From positions 31,994,001 through 32,058,000 of the forward strand of contig NC_087245.1 of NCBI RefSeq assembly GCF_037042905.1: a stretch of 64,000 nt of DNA. The letters are read 5' to 3'. The DNA comes from Lytechinus pictus. Lineage: Eukaryota. Below, piece after piece: positions 38,589 to 50,776 of this stretch. The notes under the pieces are model-generated. The model was not told the DNA's origin. It did no database searches and worked only from the letters and a program-made list of their open reading frames with translations. Each line of letters opens with the position of its first letter. Within the stretch, counting starts at the first letter, position 1. The position numbers were made by a program, and so were the translations under genes.

Positions 38589-40569
38589 TGTCCGAACGGG
38601 AAACAGATGAAAATATCCCCCCCCCCCTTATTAGCAAAAGTGCTTAAAATGTTATGCTTTTCTGGTCGCATTTTATTATTTTCAAACAAGTGGTATTGGC
38701 ATATTCATGGCTTTTTTTTATTGTGGATATTCAGACTTTAAAACAGGACATTTAAAACACTAGATTAATTTTCTCACTAAACAAATAATTCGAGCGCGAA
38801 GTGCGAGCTGAATGTACTTATTTTTAAAAGTACTGGTTGATGAATACGCATCTCATGAACGATTGCGATGCTCTAGCTATGGGAGTTCTATAGACGTAAT
38901 GAGATTATCGTACTTTTTTTTGTAATCCTTTAACAGGAAGCGTGTCGCCCTAAAGAAATAGGCCTAAAGCAAGTGCGAAGCGCGAGCTGATTTGTTATTT
39001 TTTTTACCCAAGAAAGGGGCTATTTTGACACATAAAACGGACTATGCGATTCACTTATTAAATAAGGCGAGGCGCGACCAAAAAATGTCGATATTCAGCC
39101 CTGAAAAATAATTGTTTTCAGCGGTGGTCAATCCAACAAATAATTTTGAGGAGGGGAGATTTTGTTCATGAAGAATTCACACGTTGGGTTGCTTGAAGAC
39201 CTATAAAAGCCGATATTTAGATATAATACATGTCATCTTTATTTTTACAAGATAGTTTTTATATCAAGGAAAAATGAAAAGTTTATAAGTACTGTAACTG
39301 TATGTAGGAATTCAAAAAGATATGCAGGCCTATATCTCTCTAATCGAGAGCGAAATTGTTGATATTTTTCAACAGGGGCGCCAGCATTGTCTTACTTTGA
39401 GGGGGCGGAATTTCATTTGGTTCATAAAGACTTCCCCCGATAGGTTGCTTGAAGAGCTATAAGCTCTAAAAGCGTAATTTGAATTTTTACAAGATAATGT
39501 AGTTTCATTAGCATTAATAAAGGATGCGAGCACGGAGCGCGAGATGACCTGAATAACATTGTTCATTGAATGAGTGACCTGAACAAGGGAACAATTTTAA
39601 GTTCATACGGTAAGTCTATATGAAGGAATTCCTGAAAACTTCTTGTAACCCACTTATCAAATTGTACAAGCTGAAAATTGTAGATGTTCAGAACTGAATT
39701 CTGAAGATTTTAATGACTATCTGTATCCCGGATTAAAATAATGCAAGCGCAAAAATCAGCAGAATTATTATTTTTTAGCCATTGTCATTGACCAGATAAC
39801 GAACGTTTTAAACAGTTTGAAATGCAAGAAATCAATTCTTCGAGCGCTATGCCCGAGCTATATGATGAAGTGACATGCAAAGCCATGGGCATGGTCTATT
39901 TCTAGGAATGCATAATCAATGCGAGGGAGAAGCGCAAATCGTTTCTTTAACATTAATTCAGACTTGAAAAGGAACGATTTTTAGGAAAACTATTGTGCGG
40001 ATAAGTTTGTCAAGCGAAAAAGGCCTACTAATTTAGGTTGTCAAAATTTACCAAGCGAAATAAATATACAAGACTTCGGAATATTTAGAGAGGCAGGGCC
40101 TATTGCATTGATTTTTTTTTCAGTTTCACCCGCAGATGGGGGGGGGGTGAGTTTGTCCCCTGTCCCCCCCCCCCTCGTCTCTCGTCTATAACGACCATGA
40201 TGGCGTACACTTAACATTCCAAATCTTTTAACAACGGAGTACATTTCGATGTTTAACGTTAAAGAAAAGAGGCTTACCATTCTTGCAGTCTTTTCTTTCC
40301 TTGACCATTGTTGCCGCTCCGTACGTGTGATGGTCTCTCATTGGCCTCCGTGTTGTAAGCCGCCATTTTCAAAATTGCAGAGTCGTGTCATAAACTATGT
40401 CCAAAATTTAACAGAATGGAAGCAAAGTTTTGTCCAAACAACTGGTCTTCTGCTTTCTATATCTATAGTATTCTCTTCCAGTTAGTTTATATTACAAATA
40501 AACCTTTGGTATTCTCGATGTAGAGAGATTTTTCGAGAGCTTCATCCCGGAGCTTCATTATAAAGTCAT

Positions 40570-40645
40570 AACTCACCAGAAAGAACGGAAGTGGCGCCCC
40601 TTGACCTCAATGACATTGCATCGATGATCATACTAGCGCGCTCAT
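40570..40645 (-). promoter_or_regulatory. Putative promoter/TSS region
   Basis: ETS-like CGGAAGT at 40586-40592, a pyrimidine-rich start CTTCCGTTCTTTCTG before a donor, and a YY1/Kozak-like AAAATGGCGG downstream at ~40360-40369. Confidence 0.4.
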
Positions 40646-42254
40646 GTATAGTAGTGCACTCCCGATCGAAGCAAAGATTGGTTTTGACAATCTAAATTAG
40701 TTTCCAAGAGGTTTATCAAACTTAGCAAGAAGAAATGTGTGCAATCTGATTATTACTAACTGTTATTAATAATCAATTATCAAATGGAGTTTATGTGTTT
40801 TGGTAATATTTGATATGAAGGTTAGATTATTGTGAAACAATTAGAAGGAAAACTCGTTATAAACATATGAAAGTTTTTATAATTTTTTAGATAATTTTTA
40901 ATGATATGCAATTGAGTCAGTGATTAAGGTGTTAATTTGTCAGTTTACGTACACACCAACGGACAAAATACCATGCATAGATCCTTACTGGAGTTAAGAT
41001 AATAAATATGAATATTGGCACTACGGGCCCCAAAAATTGAAGTATTCAATTTTGAGGGTGGGGCGGGGAGGGCAAGTGTTTTTTCCCCATTTAATACATC
41101 CTGTAAATCGACAGATAAGTTATTCTTTCAAATACTCTTATCATTGGAACTATTGTTTTTATGATATCAATAATTGTTTCCATGATAACACACTCAACTT
41201 TATGATATAGGATTATATAATATAATGTCCATGTGTATATGTTATTTGTACATTATATATTTTTTTATTGAAAAATATCATATTTCACCCGTTTTCTCTC
41301 CCCTTTTCTTGATCGTGATTTGGGGGGGATCCACGCCCCCTACGATGTTAGTTTATTGTGTCTTGTCTTTGATGTATTTGTTATTTATTGCAATTTTACC
41401 ACCCAAATTGGTTTACACTTTCTTTAGGAATACTTAATTCGTACATTATTAGTGTTGATTAAATTGGCCAATATATTTTTTTTAAATCAAATACATGTGT
41501 CAATGGACTGATGAAACTTGGTAGGGCCTACTCAATAATAACACTGCCGAAATCGAACTTCACTCTGTTTACTGAAGTTGATATTCATATATTTTTTTTA
41601 TACTGTTAAAATTGTGTACTGGTACACATCAATCGAGTTTCATATTAATTGTACATAAATCGGTATCATTCTTCATGTCTCGAAGAAAGATTCAGACTTA
41701 TCACATTACATTTAAACTATAGTATGTGAAACATTTTGATAAGTGCCAACTACGAAGGAAGATGGTGCAATATTGTCATAACACTGCATTATAAAATAAT
41801 GGCTATCGTCTATCAAAAAAAAAAAATCCTAGTCTGTCTACTCATGGCCCATCAAATGGATTTGGTGTTCTTAAAGGCCCAAATACAAGTATCAATTTTA
41901 TATGGCTTTTGAAGATAGCCAAATGTATTACACTATATTACGATGTATTTTTACTTTTTTTAATAACGTCAAGATGGCTCGACATGTTACATTATATATG
42001 TGAAATAATTGAAATTATATGATATTGTATTTCCATGCACATTGCTGGGTAACCGATATACGGAAATGAATATTATTGTGTATGAAAATGTAAATAAATC
42101 ATAGCTATGTTTATTATAATTACATCTGAAGTACTCACTCTTGTTTTATTTTTAGCGACGGTTTTTTTTAATCACTGTGTTAGTAACGATTATAACGAAG
42201 AATATGCCTGACGGTACTGTGAACCCTGGTTGGAATATATCAATATATCAATAA

Positions 42255-42565
42255 AGCATTTCAGTAATCACTTCGCAGATTCCTTGTACAACGCAGAAAA
42301 TCTATTGCCAAAAGCCCTTGGTCACGAAGCAGTCTTTGTCGAAAATCGGTGAATCAAATCAGCATTGTCATCCTTGACTCTGGACAAACGACATATTTGC
42401 ATTTTTTTTGGTCCAGGAGAATCTTAAGACGACATGCTGTCCCGGACCACCAATTTTCGACAATGACCTCTTATCAATCCGTCTATTGTGATTTGACGGG
42501 CATTCTCAATAGACTTTGAACGTTTCAGAAAGCGTCTACGAAGTGGATGCTAAAATACGCTATTA
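42255..42565. mobile_element. MITE, inverted relative of ~44658-44927
   Basis: Shares agaaagcgtct, ggatgctaaaa, cgacaatgacct and catatttgcattt in opposite orientation. Confidence 0.7.
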
Positions 42566-43688
42566 CCGCATGCTGGGTCCGTTGCATAATGAGTTGTGAT
42601 CAAACGCGACGTGATTTTCAAGCACTGCAATGCGCGTATAATAGGCCACCACACACCTTACGATTGGTTCACGAACAGAGTTTGGAACAAATCGCATTTA
42701 GCTCATTTTCTGAAAATGTGAATGAAAAGTGTGTATATATTTGAGGTTCAACTTAACTTTAAGAATAGGTCTACCAATAAATAATTTGGTTCAGCAGTGT
42801 ACACATCCAGATCCAGAAGCCTTTATTTTGAAGCAAATAAGGCCAAATTAGTTTCAAATCGTAGCCAATATGGTACGATTGCTATGACGTCATTACGACT
42901 AAATATTAAATTCGCTTTTAGGATGATAATCATAGTCACAGATTTGAAATTAGGTATTCGCACGATGATTTTGAACATTACACAGTAAGATATTCCGTGT
43001 CTCAGTAATAACATCAATTTCTTCTACGTTTAATTTCAAACTCGGGTCGCGCAGACCAGTCTTAAGGTGTGCGGTGGCCTTAAAAATACTAACGCAACTC
43101 TGTCTGAAATGGGCTCATGTGGTGAAGCGTTTCATTAACATGTTGTCTGACAAGTTGTCAGATCTGATTTGTTGAGAAGCACTGTTACTATGGTAACTGT
43201 CGGATAAAACGGGACTTGTCGTATTAGATTGAATGTAAGCCTGAGTTTCTAATTGCTGTTTTTTTTTTTCTTGACGGCTCAGTATTCGTACAAAGAAAAG
43301 TATTACCATCAAATTGATAATTAGATTTGCGTAAACATATTTAAAATTCATAAAATAACTCCACTCTTATCACACCGAAAAATTAATTTTGATAATACCA
43401 ACAATTGTTAAAACACAAAATATCATAATACCAAAAATTTGTGATACTACACAAAATTGTGATGATACAAAAAAAAGTGTGATAATACCCAAAGTTAATT
43501 GTGACTTCACGACGAAATTAATTGTGTTAATAACCACAATAAAAAAACATCTGCTGTTTGGGGGAACTGCAATCTAAAAAAAATAATGTGTCCTTCCTGC
43601 ACAACGCAATATACAAAGCCTAGATTTCCGAAAATTGTAGTCAGTATGTTGAATATTTTCACCACCATGATTATACTCTGGTGTATTT

Positions 43689-43779
43689 TTAGAATAATTC
43701 TTGCTCAATAGATTTGAGTAGGTCTTCTTCCGATGGATCATAAATCGGTTTTGTTGATGTCGTCGCAATTTCCGAGATC
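43689..43779 (-). CDS. Cystin-like gene last exon: ISEIATTSTKPIYDPSEEDLLKSIEQELF*
   Basis: ttctcttttcag acceptor, phase 2, TAA at 43691-43689. Confidence 0.8.
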
Positions 43780-46700
43780 CTGAAAAGAGAATAATAATAT
43801 TTCATTAATTATCATTATTAGATCAATGAACTTTATTTCTGAATATCTACCACTTTGATATCCGTAATATATTACGAAACTCAGGCCAATTAGTTTCCAT
43901 AAAATAATCAGTATAATGCAGGATGGACATTCGCGGTTTATAAAGTTATAAAAAGTAATTTAAAGGTCATATGAGAGAAATATAAAGTATGATGGTCAAA
44001 GGTTAATAGATCATTGAGCAATTAATGGTGTTGAATAATTATATGAATATAAGACGTTTGTAAACTATGATTGTTTTAATAGATCATTATGCAATGGATT
44101 TACAAAACAGATAAATTGAAAATATGCACACGTTGAACACATCAGTCGGTCTCGCCTGCATTACGATTTTGAAAGCAACTAAGAAAAAAAAAACACAAAC
44201 AAATGATTATAAACTACTAAATTCGTTGACCTTGGTCATGTGACCTAAAACTCTGCAAAATGATCATGTCCAAGTTTCCTTGATTCATTCATTTCAAAGT
44301 CATAACATTTTAAAGACTTAATCTTGGTTAAGAAAATCATATGGTCAAAGTTCATTGAACCCAAATGATCTTTGACCTTGATCATGCCAGATGATCAGTC
44401 ATGAAATAGGACCGTAAAAAACTTTGTATTAAAGTTATAACATTTCAAAAACTTAACGTTGGTTAAAATTTCAATGTTGATACCCCAACATGGTCAAAGT
44501 TCATCGACCCTGAATGACGTTAAACATGTGACCTAAAAAGTCAAGCAAAGTGATCAGTGTTACGTGATTCCCTTTATATTCAAGTTTTATGAAATAGATT
44601 CGTACACTTTTCAAAGTTATGATGATATTTCATAGACTTGAACTTGGAGGAGAATTCAATAGCGTTTTTTAGCATCCACTTTACAGACGCTTTCTGCAAC
44701 GTTCACAATCTATTGAAAATGCCATTCAAATTACAGATTTTAGGTCATTGTCGAAAGTTGGTGAACCACGACATCACATCGTCTTAAAAGACCAGACTAA
44801 AAGAAATGCAAATATGTCCAGAGCCCAGGACGACACTGCTGTTTTTGTTTCACTGACTTTCGGCAAAGATTATTTTGGGTCCTCTGCGTTATAGAAAGCG
44901 TCTGCGAGCAAATTGCTAAAATGCATTAATGTTGACGACGCCTCTGCCGCTGCCGTCGGAAAAGCGGCGGCTATTGTCTCGTTCTGCATTCAGGTGAGAC
45001 AGAAATCATAAGAACACGTTTGTAAACAAGGTCCGTTTTTGGTATTAAAGGGTTGTCACAGCTGAAATTTAGCCTGCATTTTGCAAACCACACAAAATGA
45101 TTTCTTCTTGTAAGGAATTTTAATTCTTGATATATTTATTTCGTGTTATTAACAACATTCAACCCAACATGATGTCAAGAATTAAATGTTCTCTAGCGAG
45201 AAATGGGATTAAAAGTGAAAGTGACCACACCCCCACGCACGCATCCCTATACACCCCCCTCACATACACACCCACACCATAACACGCTAGCTATAACGTT
45301 CCCCCTAAACGCAACTATCACTATTTGAATTCATTTCTGCATACCCTAAAACAGTGATGACGGGGAGGTTATGGAAATAAAACTGTGTTTTACTGGACAA
45401 GTTTGAAAATTGTAGTTTAATTGGGCGCCCGATCAAATTAAAATATCTGCGTGATTAACAATTCCAAATCATGGAATGGGGTGAAAATTTCAGGATGATT
45501 TATAATTTAAGCTTTTTTATCATTATTTTTGCTTGTAGATTACCATTTTTCTTTCACGATAAGACAAGAAGAGTACCCTTTAAAGAAAAATAAACACAGC
45601 TGACAGATGGTGCTTGATGTCTAAGATTTCAATATTTCCCATTTTTACAGAGAATCGGTGGTTGGAAAAAAGAAGAAATAAACGGCTAACACACGTCTAA
45701 GATTGGTACTCAATCATAATTAAAAAAGTGTTAATTGATCTTTTACCAAAGCTTTAGAAGGGCTTTAATTTTACCTTGCAGGTTGGATACTGTTGGTACC
45801 AGGTGTCATCTGTTTATTGTTGATGGCGGATGAATAGTTGGTGTAAGTTGTCTTGTTTAAGATGCCCACACCTGTTGCAATAGGTTCCTGCTGTTGACAT
45901 CAATTCAGAAACTCATCAGGTTTTGACAATTTGAGGGAAACGAGTCATGCCATATCGGAACCCTATTCTAAAGATTTATTTTGGAAAATATGCATCCTTT
46001 CATGATTACAAAAAGTGCATAGAATGTCCCGTCTTGGAGTCTAAACCTCTTCAGCAGGAGCTTATAGCACTCACAATTATTGTCATGTTAGATACCTATC
46101 ACGTTCATGATTAAAATCCGAATGTCCAGTTTCCAGGTTTGAAAAATCAGACAAATTCAGCTCGCATCAATCGTTAAGCTATATACCTCCACTGATAAGG
46201 CTTAGAATTTCAAATTTTCAGGTCGGAATATAACAAAATTTCAGCTCGCACTTAGCGCTTGCATTATTGATTCATTTATGAAATATGTATTTTCTTCGTG
46301 AGTCACTGCAAATAGTCCTTATAAGGTCCCTTTTTAAGGTCACATTAAAATGTTAACTAGCGCTCGAATCAATTGTTTAGTTAGGCACACATCTTGTTTT
46401 TTATTACAGTACTCCTCAGAATGTTCAATTTTCATATTAAATACATGAAATATCAAAACCTGAGTTCGCGCTTCGCGCTCTGCTAGTAATATCTTGTGGG
46501 ATACCTTATCTTATACCTAAGGATGAAGCAAATATTAATCTTAAACTACATTCTTCAGTTGGGATCACCCCTCAAAAAATGAATAAATAAACAATCAGCT
46601 TTTAGCGGCCGATCGGGGGAAATGATGATACAAAAATTACACCCCACGTCCAATTAGGCAACTAAAGGTGGATAGGATGCGACTTTGAAATCTCATTTAT

Positions 46701-48245
46701 TTGGTTACCTTTGGAACGTTGACTGCTTGAAATTTTTGGATGTCAAAGTCTCCTCGATCCTGTAGGGCGAAAGTAGAAGAAAACAAATAATTTACGATAG
46801 GCCTATACCCATCAAACATATTTCTTGAACCATATATGATTTTTTTTTCCGGGCGTCTGGGCATGCATGCACGCATAGTCTATTATGAATAGCCAATATT
46901 CATGGTATACAATTAATATTAAGTAAATTAGTAAATTATAGGGTCTCCCGCCGATGTAATGTTCAGCTGAAATGGCTCGCCCTATGGAAAGCTGGCCCGC
47001 CTCGAGATAGATCAATGTGAATGGTTATTTGGTAGGATTATGTCTTGAGTCCACCACCCCTCCCTTCCCTTAAAGTTACAATTTTGCACTATTCAAAGTA
47101 AGTGCAACATTAAGCTCCTCTTTGGGTGCAGCTTTGTTCGAAGCTTTGTAACCATATCATGAGAAATCATTTTGCACCCTATTACAAAGGGCGCAATATT
47201 TGAAGGCCTTACTCTTTTGTGGTGGAGCGTTTTTTTTTATTATTATCATTTTTGTCCTCATTACAGGAACGGAGAAACTTTGCACCCTTATGAACGTACA
47301 AAATGAAGAATCATAATGGTACAGAATTTTTTATCTCCATATCCCTCCATATATACAGGGTGCAAGCAGGAACAAAATCGGGTATTTTGCACCTTTTTCA
47401 CTAGGGGTGCAAGATTGAAGATGACACTATAAAGCTGGTAGTTGCATTTTGGGTGCAGACTTGACCATTGTTTTCTTAAAGTGCACTGTCAATTAAAAAC
47501 ATTTTTAAAGATAGATATATATGAGGACGAAAAAGGATGAAAAAGTATTAGGTTAAAACTAAAAGAATCATACCTGATCATCTTCCAAATCATAAACAAT
47601 TAACGGTGATTCTTCGTCTTCTTTCTCCTTATCTATCTTTATATCCTTTTTGGAGGCCCCCCTTTCTCCTCGCATCTGATCCATGAGATCCCTCTCCTGC
47701 TTCACCAAGTCACCGGGCCGTATCCACTCCTTCTCCTTTGAGTTATCTCCTATGACCGGTTGGTAGTCCAGTGGCAAAGGTTGTAGTTGGTTACGCCTCT
47801 CTAGAACAGAGATCTCTGCGGTTCGGAGAACCCCAGCGGCGGGTTTGTTGATGGCGTAGTAGTGTCCGACCAGAACTTGGTCCAGTTCGGTTCGAAGGTC
47901 GTCCAGTTCCTCTGTCACGCTCTGAGAGCTCGAGCTTGTAGACGCCGATGATTTATCGACCCCAGCACGGTCTTTAGCCGGGTTATCTCTAAGAACGCCC
48001 GAAGGCACCGTTGGTACTGCCCCGAGAACATTCTGTTGGTGTCTTTCGAGGTTTAGCGGAGTATTGTGACTGCTGTGGAATCTCTCCTTCTTTATACTCG
48101 GCAGAAGAACATACTCCGGTTGTTGTTCCTTCTCGATCTCCCGCCGACTGGCACGGCGGTTCTGCGGACGGTGGGTCAACCTCGTAGGTTGTTGACTACT
48201 CGAAACGACATTTGATCTTTTGTTTTTTGATGCGCCAGTCCCCAT
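43689..48245 (-). CDS. N-myristoylated, largely disordered ~308-aa protein, candidate cystin-1-like; complement(join(43689..43779,45775..45887,46709..46759,47574..48245))
   Basis: Starts at MGTGASK. Four exons with canonical splice sites and matching phases (0,0,2). Ends in YDPSEEDLLKSIEQELF*. The gene structure is well supported; the homology is inferred from short motifs. Confidence 0.8.
44148..45002 (-). mobile_element. Degraded HINE-like copy with a nested MITE (~44658-44927)
   Basis: gtctcgcctgcattacga ... gccgtcggaaaagcggcg ... caggtgagac. The internal insert is homologous to 42255-42565. Confidence 0.75.
45775..45887 (-). CDS. Cystin-like gene exon 3: EPIATGVGILNKTTYTNYSSAINNKQMTPGTNSIQPA(R)
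   Basis: cagcag tandem acceptor (may start at 45890 instead), AG|gtaaaa donor, phase 0-2, open frame. Confidence 0.7.
46709..46759 (-). CDS. Cystin-like gene exon 2: DRGDFDIQKFQAVNVPK
   Basis: ttttcttctactttcgccctacag acceptor, AAG|gtaacc donor, 51 nt. Confidence 0.8.
47574..48245 (-). CDS. Cystin-like gene exon 1 (224 codons, MGTGASKNKRS...YDLEDDQ)
   Basis: Long GC-richer ORF ending at the CAG|gtatga donor. Confidence 0.88.
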
Positions 48246-48499
48246 TTTCTTTACTGACACAATAAATTACTTACAAAATTCATGCAAGACATGTATTCTT
48301 TGTATGACGAGTGAATCCGATACATTTTGTGCACGAAAGAAGCCATTAAAGTTTTTATTAGGTCTTTTCCAACGCCATCATCTTGATTGAACTGTCGTTC
48401 GGATTAATTCTTTTTAATAATGTCCTGAATAATTTTCTCATATGGTTTCTTATTTTCTAGGTTTTTCTCTACAAACAACTTTTTTCTAAGGAGTGGAAT

Positions 48500-48627
48500 G
48501 TATCCTAGGAGATATAATGGGCATGCGTAAACAAGGAAACCTATCACAGTGGATTGATTGTGATGTAACAAGTTCGGTATGCAACTGCGCACACATCGGC
48601 GTTGATCACGCATCGATCGTGACGTCA
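48500..48627 (-). promoter_or_regulatory. Putative promoter motifs of the cystin-like gene: X-box-like site, forkhead site, CRE
   Basis: GTATCCTAGGAGAT 48500-48513, GTAAACA 48527-48533, TGACGTCA 48620-48627; 255-380 bp upstream of the ATG. Confidence 0.35.
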
Positions 48628-49565
48628 CAGTGAATTAATGCAAAACCATTTACTAGTACTACAATCTTCAAATTTCGACAGATATTATTTTACTCTTCAC
48701 TGAATGTATTCTACCTTCCCATAACAAAGGAAGGCAACTATGTGAAATTAATTTCAGAGTAAATGAGGAAAATGTGTCATTGCTTATGTGTAGGGGAATG
48801 TATAGAGTTAGCAACAACAAAGAATGTTTCCTTTTTCTGACCTTTCATGACAAAAAAAAAAAAAAATCCCCTTTTTGTCATGGGAGGTCAGTCGGTCCAT
48901 GAACAGGATATTAGTCAACAGAAAAAACGCGAGTGCGAAACGGTAGCTAAATCTGTGTTAAATTCGGGACTAAACACAGAACACCTTAATCACTTTTTTG
49001 CAATGCTTATCTTACCAACCCAATGAAAAGGTGTGAAGCGCAAACTTAACATCACTGAAAACGAGACATTTTAAGCGCCATGAATTAATAATGCAAGCGT
49101 GAGGCGCAAGAGAATCTTGATAATTTATAGTGACCTAAAAATACCGAAAGATTTTTGATATTTTTTCCCTTCCTCTCATTTTTCACTTTTCTTCCTGTTT
49201 TATTTCTCCTTCCGCTTATTAATTGTCATTATCCTATCCTTCTCATCCTCCTATTCTTTATTTTTTTTCTTCTCTTTTCCTTATAAATCTCTTCTCTTCC
49301 CCCATGCTCTGTTTTTTTGTTGCGCCGTTAACAGAATTAAATAAGGCACCGGCGACTTCAACCCCAGACTCCTCTCTTTTTAATTTTAACATTGTTTGTA
49401 TCCCTTTAGCTTTCCATTGTTTATGGAAAAAAATTGATGATGTTAACAATTTTCTTAAATTAACTACCCCCCCCCTCGGGTGAAATAGAAAAGGTTAATC
49501 TTCAATGTCAATTCATGCAGGGACATTCATTGTTAGATTAAGAGGCACTATTAAAATTTCCATAT

Positions 49566-49755
49566 TTTCATTTTGTATATCTATTTTGTTATATTAATTA
49601 CTAATATATATATATATTTATTTTTTTTGCAGGAGTTTCTGCATTTATTGTAAAGTCAAAATAAATTTCATTTTGTATATCTATTTTTTTATATTAATTA
49701 CTAATATACATTTTTTTTGCATGAGTTTCTGCATTTATTGTAAAGTCAAAATAAA
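49566..49755 (+). repeat. ~90-100-bp tandem duplication spanning the LINE 3' junction
   Basis: tttcattttgtatatcta...gtaaagtcaaaataaa occurs twice. Confidence 0.85.
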
Positions 49756-50450
49756 TTAACAATACATAAACATAATCGTAGTATGACATGAAAGTACATT
49801 GTAATATGACAAATTTATAGTAGTGTCATAACAAAATTTAGACACGAATACAATTTAAGGATAAGACAAAGTAGTGAAAAACAAATGCAGTGGCAAACTA
49901 TAAAAGCAAAATAAATGCTTGAGTAATAGCAGCCAAAGGGGGAAAGGGGCTACTTGGAAACCAATTATTCTATAAGTCTAGGTCTGGAAGAAAATCTTAC
50001 GTCACAAATCATCAGAAAAGGAGAAAGAAGAAAAATGAAGAAATGAAGTGTGCGTGTGTGTGAAAGTGGGTGAACGTGCAGGTGTGATATTTAAGAATAC
50101 TTCGATAAAAGATATTTTTTCAATGAAGCTTTAAAAGAAAAGATAGATGCAGTGAGTTTAATATCATTGGGCAAATCATTCCAGATGTCTGGGCCGTGAT
50201 GTCTGATCGTTTTATGTGCTAATATTGTTATCGGGCTTGTGAGGTGGATGTTGGATGAGTGGCGTGTAGGATATGAATGAATGTTGCTGTTGTAAACAAA
50301 AATATCTTGAAAGGGTGTAGGTATAGATTTAGTTGAGAACTTGTTCATGAAAATGGCAGTTTGGAAAATATGAATGTCATGAATTTTTAATGTTTTCAGG
50401 TTCCGAAAAATAGGATCAGTATGTGCTAAAAATTGCGAGTGGGAGCCAAT
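49711..50450 (-). mobile_element. 5'-truncated LINE (CR1/L2-group) ORF2 C-terminus plus 3' UTR
   Basis: AHTDPIFRNLKTLKIHDI...HSYPTR...GPDIWNDLPNDIK...FSFKASLKKYLL* is a typical post-RT tail. AATAAA and an A run lie at the 3' end. Confidence 0.8.
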
Positions 50451-50776
50451 ATATCTTTATATAATTTTTTTTTTTGTTGGGGGGGCTTAACCATTATAAT
50501 TTGGTTTTAAAAAATGCCTGAATGGACAATTTCAGGATTGATCTTTCCCTACAGTACATTCAATGCAGGGTCACTGAGTTTGAGATGAGACAATCTACAT
50601 TGTCATATATTTTAATTACAATAAAATACATCTATTCCACTCCAATTGAAAATAGGGGTTAGCAAGTTTGCCCTTATAAGTAGCGACAGTCACTATAAAT
50701 GCAGAAATTCTAGGAAAAACTCAAATTCGGTTGAAATACATGTATACTGCGATTTTAAAAAGAAAACAAAAACCAC

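Larger units (their letters stand above)
34468..40020. repeat. Arrays of degenerate modular repeat (gctcgcgcttcgcgctcgca / gaatgtccagttttcaggtc units); also at 32872-33480 and 45990-46625
   Basis: Many diverged ~120-bp modules in both orientations, bounded by ggcggatc-type ends. Confidence 0.65.
27754..40591 (-). ncRNA. Candidate spliced transcript (lncRNA or micropeptide gene) overlapping the GABA-B gene 3' end in antisense
   Basis: Donors gtgagt (40576) and gtaagc (40277). A 62-nt exon with strong sites occurs twice (33895-33956, 32016-32077). Acceptor ttttttcattttccag at 27788 is followed by AATAAA (27759-27754). Linkage between these pieces is inferred. Confidence 0.4.

Noticed and set aside
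40278..40341. Alternative ORF MRDHHTYGAATMVKERKDCKN
   Set aside because: It stops within a few codons in the next putative exon; the upstream ATG at 40366 has better context and stays open.
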